Assembly: GCA_964530955.1 (NCBI GenBank)
Contig: CAZHCL010000001.1
Span: 4,630-68,629, forward strand
Reading direction: 5' to 3'
DNA from: Candidatus Woesearchaeota archaeon
GTDB lineage: Archaea; Nanobdellota; Nanobdellia; Pacearchaeales; GW2011-AR1
Length of the DNA stretch: 64,000 nt
This document shows, in pieces, positions 58,567-64,000 of this stretch (its first letter is position 1; every line of letters begins with the position of its first letter). A program made the translations under genes and the position numbers. The notes beneath the pieces are model-generated. The model was given only the letters and a program-made list of their open reading frames with translations. It made no database searches and was not told the origin of the DNA.

Positions 58567-59115
58567 ATGGAATCATTTTATTTCAACAGAATTAAGGAAT
58601 TAAAAAAGGAAAAAGACGAACTGGAAAGAAAACTTCAGGTAGTTATAACTATTACAGGTAAAAAGGTCGAAATTGAGGGGTCTGCAGTAAATGAGTATGA
58701 AGCAGGTATTATTTTGGAAGCCATGCAATTCGGCTTTTCATCTAAAAAGGCACTTCTACTTCTTAATGATGATATAATATTCAAGAAGGTGCCTATAAGA
58801 AGTTTTACAAGAAGAAAGGATATGAAGGAAGTAAGAGGAAGAGTCATAGGAAAGCAGGGAAAAACAAAAAGTACGTTAGAAGAAATATCTGGCTGCGATA
58901 TATTAGTTAATGAGGAGCAAAATCAGATAGGAATTATAGGTTCTGCTCTGGAAATGGATGAAGCTACGGCAGCAATAGAGAAACTTATAAGAGGCTCAAA
59001 ACAAGCGAATGTTTACAGATATTTAGAGAGAATGAATGCGGAAAAGAAAAAGATGGATTCTGACCTCGGCCTTAAGTTAAAGAAGAAGGAAGAGAAAAAG
59101 TATTCTGAAGAATAA
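58567..59115 (+). CDS. KH-domain RNA-binding protein (Dim2/Pno1-like)
   Basis: KH GxxG loop VIGKQGKT; about 180 aa with two KH-like halves. Confidence 0.6.
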   Translation: MESFYFNRIKELKKEKDELERKLQVVITITGKKVEIEGSAVNEYEAGIILEAMQFGFSSKKALLLLNDDIIFKKVPIRSFTRRKDMKEVRGRVIGKQGKTKSTLEEISGCDILVNEEQNQIGIIGSALEMDEATAAIEKLIRGSKQANVYRYLERMNAEKKKMDSDLGLKLKKKEEKKYSEE

Positions 59116-59171
59116 TCTTTCGTGCTTCAAGCTATATAGCAATATTTATATGATTTTTAGAGAGATAGCAA

Positions 59172-59182
59172 TATTTAAATAA
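59172..59182 (+). promoter_or_regulatory. putative TATA box (TTTAAATAA) about 24-30 bp upstream of tRNA-Asn
   Basis: 59174-59182; tRNA 5' end at 59205. Confidence 0.4.
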
Positions 59183-59204
59183 CATTTTTATCTGACAAAA
59201 GTAA

Positions 59205-59354
59205 GTCCCCTTAGCTCAGACCTTCCGAGACGCTAATTAACGTTAGGATGGGAGCAATCGGTAGAGCATCTGACTGTTAGAGATTAACAGCAGCTTTCCG
59301 TTGGAAGGCCCTATAGAAATCAGAGGGTCGCTGGTTCGAGTCCAGCAGGGGACG
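59205..59354 (+). tRNA. tRNA-Asn (anticodon GUU) interrupted by two introns: about 38 nt in the D-loop (about 59221-59258) and about 39 nt at 37/38 (about 59280-59318)
   Basis: Exons reassemble into a perfect cloverleaf: acceptor GTCCCCT/AGGGGAC, D-arm GCTC-AGA^CGGTA-GAGC, anticodon arm TCTGA-CTGTTA^A-TCAGA, variable loop GGGTC, T-arm GCTGG-TTCGAGT-CCAGC, discriminator G. Confidence 0.7.
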
Positions 59355-59355
59355 T

Positions 59356-59571
59356 TTATTTTTTAAGAAGAATATAACCTAAAATTAATAATATAACCAG
59401 TGCAACAATTATCCAGAAAATGGTTTTACTTTTCTTTTCTCTCTTTTTTCTTTCGTCAGCCTCTGCATAACCTTGTTCTATTGCATCTTTTCTATCCGGA
59501 TCTAATCCTGCCTGTTTCTGACCTTCATATCTGAACTGCATAACTCCGCCAGTCTGAACTTGTTCTGCCAT
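59356..59571 (-). CDS. small tail-anchored membrane protein
   Basis: Charged N-terminus plus C-terminal TM. Confidence 0.35.
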   Translation of the reverse strand: MAEQVQTGGVMQFRYEGQKQAGLDPDRKDAIEQGYAEADERKKREKKSKTIFWIIVALVILLILGYILLKK

Positions 59572-59611
59572 GTAATAAAATAAAATCAGACCATTATAAA
59601 TATTATGAAAA

Positions 59612-59998
59612 TTAGTCTATTAATCCAGCTTCTCTTGCTTTTTCAGCAGAAAGCCTTTCTCTCCAAATAATTGATACCCTAGAAGAATCTTCTCCATATG
59701 AATGACTCCCATAGGCAGTCCATATGGTTCTATTTCTCTTATAGATGTAGTGGTTATCGGAAGAACCATACATTGCATCAAGTTCTGTACTAGCAGTGAA
59801 TACTAAACCTACCTTAGATAGTAAATCATCCATCCCTTCGTTATCTAATGGTCCTTTAGCTCTATTTGAAATCTGAATTTCCAAAGCGCTTGCCCCGCTA
59901 TTAGACACCATGCTAGTCACTCTTATTCCCTCAGGAGATTCGATTTTACTTTTTAATGCTGCTACTTTTCTTTGATTTAAGATAGGATATTTTACCAT
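59612..59998 (-). CDS. hypothetical protein (higher GC)
   Basis: ORF only. Confidence 0.35.
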   Translation of the reverse strand: MVKYPILNQRKVAALKSKIESPEGIRVTSMVSNSGASALEIQISNRAKGPLDNEGMDDLLSKVGLVFTASTELDAMYGSSDNHYIYKRNRTIWTAYGSHSYGEDSSRVSIIWRERLSAEKAREAGLID

Positions 59999-60078
59999 CT
60001 ATTTCTTCCTTAAGAGCAATTTATAAGAATATGTGTATTAGGAAATACAAATAAATAGTCAACTTTCATTATAAGATT

Positions 60079-61161
60079 ATGAAAAATAATGACCAACAAA
60101 AGACCGTAGTAATAGGTCTTTCTGGAGGAGTTGATTCGAGCGTGGCTGCTCTTCTACTCAAAAGAAAAGGTTATAGAGTTATAGGCGCTTTCATGAAAAA
60201 CTTTTCAGACACCAAAAACCCATATACTGGTGAATGCTCATATCTTGAAGACAAAAGAATGGCTCAAAGAGTGGCTGCTCTTTTGGGAATTAGGTTTGTT
60301 GTTTTTGATTTTGAAAAAGTCTATAAAAAAGAAGTTATAGAACCAATGTTTAAAGCATATGCTAAAGGATTAACTCCTAATCCTGATATTTTATGTAATA
60401 CTATTGTGAAATTTCCTCTATTCTGGAAAGAAGCTCATAAATTAGGAGCTAATTATATTGCGATGGGACATTATGCAAGAATAATAAAGAAGAAGGGGTA
60501 TGAACTTTTTTCTGGCAAAGATAAAACGAAGGACCAGTCATATTTTCTTTCTGACTTGAGCCAAAGCGACCTTGAGCATACTTTATTTCCTCTTGGAAAT
60601 TTAAGCAAGAAAGAAGTAAGAAAGATAGCTAAGAAAAATAATCTTCCGAATTGGAACAAACACGGAACTGTGGGTATCTGTTTTGTCGGAAAGGTGCACA
60701 TGCAATCATTTCTCAAAAATAGAATAAAAGCAAGGGAAGGAATAGTAAAAGACCCAGAGGGAAATATTATAGGAAAGCATAATGGAATTCAGTTTTACAC
60801 TATTGGACAGAAGGTAGGAGAGCATATAGGTATAGAAATTAAAAAGCCTAAAGAATATTCCCAAAAAAGATTTTACGTTGCAGATAAAATAAAACCAAAC
60901 GTACTCATTGTTGCCCCCGAAAACCATCCTACTCTGAAAAAAAAGAAAGTGGAGATAAAAAAAATCCATATCATTAATCCAAAAGAAAAGATTCCGAATA
61001 ATGGCCTAAAAGCAAGGATAAGACACCTTGGTCAGCTACATTCTGGAAAACTGATAAAGAATCAATTTATTTTTGAAAGAGAAGTTGAGTCGATTGCTCC
61101 CGGTCAGTATATTGTAATTTACAATAAAGATAAAGTTATTGCTAGTGGTGAGATAAAGTAA
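60079..61161 (+). CDS. mnmA: tRNA-specific 2-thiouridylase MnmA
   Basis: PP-loop GLSGGVDSS, Cys motifs CNT...GICF. Confidence 0.85.
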   Translation: MKNNDQQKTVVIGLSGGVDSSVAALLLKRKGYRVIGAFMKNFSDTKNPYTGECSYLEDKRMAQRVAALLGIRFVVFDFEKVYKKEVIEPMFKAYAKGLTPNPDILCNTIVKFPLFWKEAHKLGANYIAMGHYARIIKKKGYELFSGKDKTKDQSYFLSDLSQSDLEHTLFPLGNLSKKEVRKIAKKNNLPNWNKHGTVGICFVGKVHMQSFLKNRIKAREGIVKDPEGNIIGKHNGIQFYTIGQKVGEHIGIEIKKPKEYSQKRFYVADKIKPNVLIVAPENHPTLKKKKVEIKKIHIINPKEKIPNNGLKARIRHLGQLHSGKLIKNQFIFEREVESIAPGQYIVIYNKDKVIASGEIK

Positions 61162-61164
61162 TAA

Positions 61165-62166
61165 TTAATTTTTAGCGAAGCTTTCTGCAACTAAAAGCGG
61201 AAAAACAATAGTGGCATCCGCAAAAAGCTTAACGCTCCTGGCGTTTGGAAGTATCTTTCCCCAGGAAACTGCTTCCTCTGGCAATGCGCCCGAATCGCTT
61301 CCATCATATTCTTGAGAAGTATTAATATAAACTGCATAATCTGCTCCGTTTCTAAGCATGTTTGCATTGAGTATGCTGTGCTTCACGACTCCTGCTCCAA
61401 GAATAATGACTCCGCTTTTACTCAATCCTATTGTTGTATCATTCAATCTCTTAGTATCTTCTGCAACATCAATAATAAAATCATTATGCTTAAATTTGAA
61501 AAAATAGATGTTATCTCCTAATGCTCCGTCCGTGATTGTAGGACAAAAAACTCTTATCTTATTTTTCCACGCCCAGTAATAAATACTTTTTTCATTATTT
61601 ATTTTTTCTCCCAATTTCCAGATGATGTCGCTTGGAGTGTGAAATATTCCTTTTTCTTTCTGCTCAACATAAAGCTCTTCAAGAATTGGCTGAACAAATT
61701 CTTCAAATTCCACATATCTATTGTTTGAAGCAAAAATATTTCCTATCCTGTTTATTCCTTTATTTCTTAATTCAGCTCCTGGCGCTCTGAAATCTCCAAG
61801 AACAAAATCTCCTAGACATTTTATTATGTCTTCTTCTACTCCTCCGCCTGTTGTGACTAATACATTGACCTTTTTATTTTGAGCTAAATATCGAATAACA
61901 TCTCTTAATCCAGAACTTACCATGTTTGAAGTGTATCCTAAAAAAATAAAAGAATTGTCTTTTATCATTTCATTTGTTATTGATATTGCTTTTGAAAGAT
62001 GAGATGCCTGAAAACCTGTGCTTTCAAAACTTTTGATTATTTCTTTGTAATTAATTCCTTCATTGAAATCATATCCTTTTATGACCACGCCTTTTGCCTC
62101 TTCGCTCTTTCTTAAAAGAGATTCTCGAGCTTTTTTCTCATTATCTTTGCTATTGTTCTTAACCAT
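61165..62166 (-). CDS. dys: deoxyhypusine synthase
   Basis: GYTSNMVSSGLRD...VLVTTGGGVEEDIIK...; NAD-binding DHS fold. Confidence 0.9.
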   Translation of the reverse strand: MVKNNSKDNEKKARESLLRKSEEAKGVVIKGYDFNEGINYKEIIKSFESTGFQASHLSKAISITNEMIKDNSFIFLGYTSNMVSSGLRDVIRYLAQNKKVNVLVTTGGGVEEDIIKCLGDFVLGDFRAPGAELRNKGINRIGNIFASNNRYVEFEEFVQPILEELYVEQKEKGIFHTPSDIIWKLGEKINNEKSIYYWAWKNKIRVFCPTITDGALGDNIYFFKFKHNDFIIDVAEDTKRLNDTTIGLSKSGVIILGAGVVKHSILNANMLRNGADYAVYINTSQEYDGSDSGALPEEAVSWGKILPNARSVKLFADATIVFPLLVAESFAKN

Positions 62167-62264
62167 GAAAAACTCAATTTTTTTAGCTATAAAAGCCTTC
62201 TTATTTTGCTTTAATTGAGAAATAAAAAAGAAAGATATAAAAGCAGAGATACATAATAATTTTC

Positions 62265-62462
62265 ATGAATTTCTCTTTTACAAAAGCAAAAACAATTACA
62301 TCAGTAATTATAGGAATAATTTTAGCTGTTTATCAAAATTTCGTTTCAACTATTTTAGGTCAGCCTACCCAATATTATCTTTATTCAACAATGATTCTGG
62401 CAGGAATAATAGGTATGATAGTTGTTTATTTAATCTGGAGCTTAATCCAGAAGAAGAAATAA
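62265..62462 (+). CDS. small membrane protein
   Basis: Two TM segments. Confidence 0.3.
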   Translation: MNFSFTKAKTITSVIIGIILAVYQNFVSTILGQPTQYYLYSTMILAGIIGMIVVYLIWSLIQKKK

Positions 62463-62467
62463 AATTT

Positions 62468-63553
62468 TTATTTTAGTTTCTTCCTTTCAAAATCTCTTCT
62501 GGAAGTCCCGCCAAAACGCCTTGTTCTTTCTGAGAAGTTTCTGATTGCTTTTCTAAGTTCATCTGCTCCGAATTCTGGAAAATAAACATCAGCAAAGTAA
62601 AGCTCTGCGTAAGTTGCCTGATAAGGCATTGCTCCGCTTGTTCTCATTTCTCCTGAAGTCCTTATTATCAAATCTGGGTCGGGAATATCTGCTGAGTCAA
62701 GATAATTTTTGAATTTTTCCTCGTCTATCTTTCTAACTCCTGATTTCAGCATCTTGTTAACTGCCCTTATTATTTCATCTCTTCCCCCATAATCAAGCAT
62801 TAGTTGAACATTTAGATCGGAGTATTCTTTTGTTTCTTCTTCGAGCTCATGCAGTTCTTTGATAAGATTTTTTGGAAGTCTATCTTTTCTTCCAATATGT
62901 CTGAATCTAATTCTATGCTTATGTGCTTCTTCCTTTAATTTGTCAATTTTCTTCAAAACGAGATTGAAAATTGCTTTAATTTCAGAACTATCTCTCTTCC
63001 AGTTTTCAGTTGAAAAACCCCAGAGTGAAAGATATTTTACCCCCAATCTTTTTGCTTCGAGAAAAATTTCCATAATTCTTTCGTCACTCGCTGAAGTATA
63101 ATGCCCGAAACTTGCATTCAATCCTCTTTCTCTTGCCCATCTTCTGTTTCCATCGGGAATAATCACAACATGTACTGGGACACTCTTTTTGCTATCGATA
63201 ACTAAAGACTTTCCAAGATTCAAAAGGCTTTTTGCCTTATCAATTACAAAGCTGTCTTCCTTTATTATATCAAATGCCGAATATCTCGCTCTTGGATTTT
63301 TCCAGAAATAATTAATTTCCTCAACGTTTGAAAAGCCAGGACTTTCCTTAAGCCAAGAAATAACATCTTCTAGCTGTTCTTTCATCCCCTGCGCAACAAC
63401 AAGAACAGAACCATCTTTTCTGTTCATTACATATCCTCTTAAATTCAGTGAATCAGCATAATTTTTTATAATGCGTCTGAAGTTTACCCCTTGAACTCTT
63501 CCTAATAACTCTATTTCTACTTCGCTCTCTATCTTTTTATAATTATTTTCCAT
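62468..63553 (-). CDS. uppS: acylphosphatase-like domain fused to undecaprenyl/cis-prenyl diphosphate synthase (UppS)
   Basis: N-terminal GRVQGVNFRR and GYVMNRKDGSV acylphosphatase motifs. C-terminal IIPDGNRRWA, LSLWGFSTENW and RTSGE...S cis-IPTase motifs. Start set at MENNYKK because the upstream convergent DHH gene stops at 63543. Confidence 0.8.
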   Translation of the reverse strand: MENNYKKIESEVEIELLGRVQGVNFRRIIKNYADSLNLRGYVMNRKDGSVLVVAQGMKEQLEDVISWLKESPGFSNVEEINYFWKNPRARYSAFDIIKEDSFVIDKAKSLLNLGKSLVIDSKKSVPVHVVIIPDGNRRWARERGLNASFGHYTSASDERIMEIFLEAKRLGVKYLSLWGFSTENWKRDSSEIKAIFNLVLKKIDKLKEEAHKHRIRFRHIGRKDRLPKNLIKELHELEEETKEYSDLNVQLMLDYGGRDEIIRAVNKMLKSGVRKIDEEKFKNYLDSADIPDPDLIIRTSGEMRTSGAMPYQATYAELYFADVYFPEFGADELRKAIRNFSERTRRFGGTSRRDFERKKLK

Positions 63554-64000
63554 TTTTTTCAGCTTCCTTTTCAAAGGCCTCCCTAAATTTTGCAAGATCA
63601 TCTGTCCTTATTCTTGCTCCCGCCGCGTCATCATGTCCTCCGCCTGTTGCATTTGAAAAATTTCCAATTATATTAGATAGAATTAATTTAACATTCTTTC
63701 CTCTTAGTGAAATATTAGAAATTCCTCCTTTAATAAAAGCAGCAGCAATATACTTTTCTGGATAAAGGAAACATAATTCATTGGCTATCTCTGCGCTTAT
63801 ACTCAAATCACCAGTATAATCAAAGAATACTACTTTTCCGGATACCTCTTCCTTTGCTTTTTGAACAAGATAGTCATATTTCTTTTTTATTTCCGAATAT
63901 CTGTTTCTAAAACTTGAGTTTGAATCAATCTCTTGGAAAATGTCTGCTGGGCCTTTGCTATTGATTAAGAAATTTTGCAGCTGAACTACATGGGTTATTG
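63543..64000 (-). CDS. DHH-family phosphoesterase, C-terminal DHHA1 domain (gene continues beyond the window)
   Basis: Open frame to the window edge; GGGHDDAAGA DHHA1 motif near the C-terminus. Confidence 0.6.
   Translation of the reverse strand, partial: ITHVVQLQNFLINSKGPADIFQEIDSNSSFRNRYSEIKKKYDYLVQKAKEEVSGKVVFFDYTGDLSISAEIANELCFLYPEKYIAAAFIKGGISNISLRGKNVKLILSNIIGNFSNATGGGHDDAAGARIRTDDLAKFREAFEKEAEKNGK

Overview
AT-rich (roughly 30-35% GC by eye) archaeal chromosomal segment, densely coding on both strands. It looks like a small-genome, DPANN-like archaeon. Archaeal informational genes are unmistakable: aIF2 gamma and beta, aIF5B, aRF1, MCM, Kae1, RpoE'/Spt4, ribosomal proteins S6e, S24e and S27ae, NAC, Sec61beta, SecF/SecD in the archaeal order, deoxyhypusine synthase, and Met- and Val-tRNA ligases. 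Five tRNA genes are present: Lys-UUU, Gly-UCC with a roughly 30-nt intron, Arg-CCU, Leu-CAA, and Asn-GUU with two introns, one of them in the D-loop. The most unusual element is at the 5' edge (1-936). It is the 3' two-thirds of a diversity-generating-retroelement (DGR)-type reverse transcriptase, interrupted by a G10 homopolymer frameshift; its template and target presumably lie upstream of the window. A long minus-strand cluster (13.5-22.2 kb) encodes huge N-glycosylation-sequon-rich surface proteins, and two paralogous class-III-signal-peptide (type IV pilin-like) proteins lie nearby. A MoxR-DUF58-VWA triad, a MacB/FtsX-type ABC module, a RelE-type toxin-antitoxin pair next to tRNA-Leu, a UvrD-like helicase fused to a Cas4-like nuclease, an RRM protein, an acylphosphatase-UPP-synthase fusion, and several compositionally atypical (higher-GC) orphan genes near tRNAs complete the picture. 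No CRISPR array or rRNA was seen.
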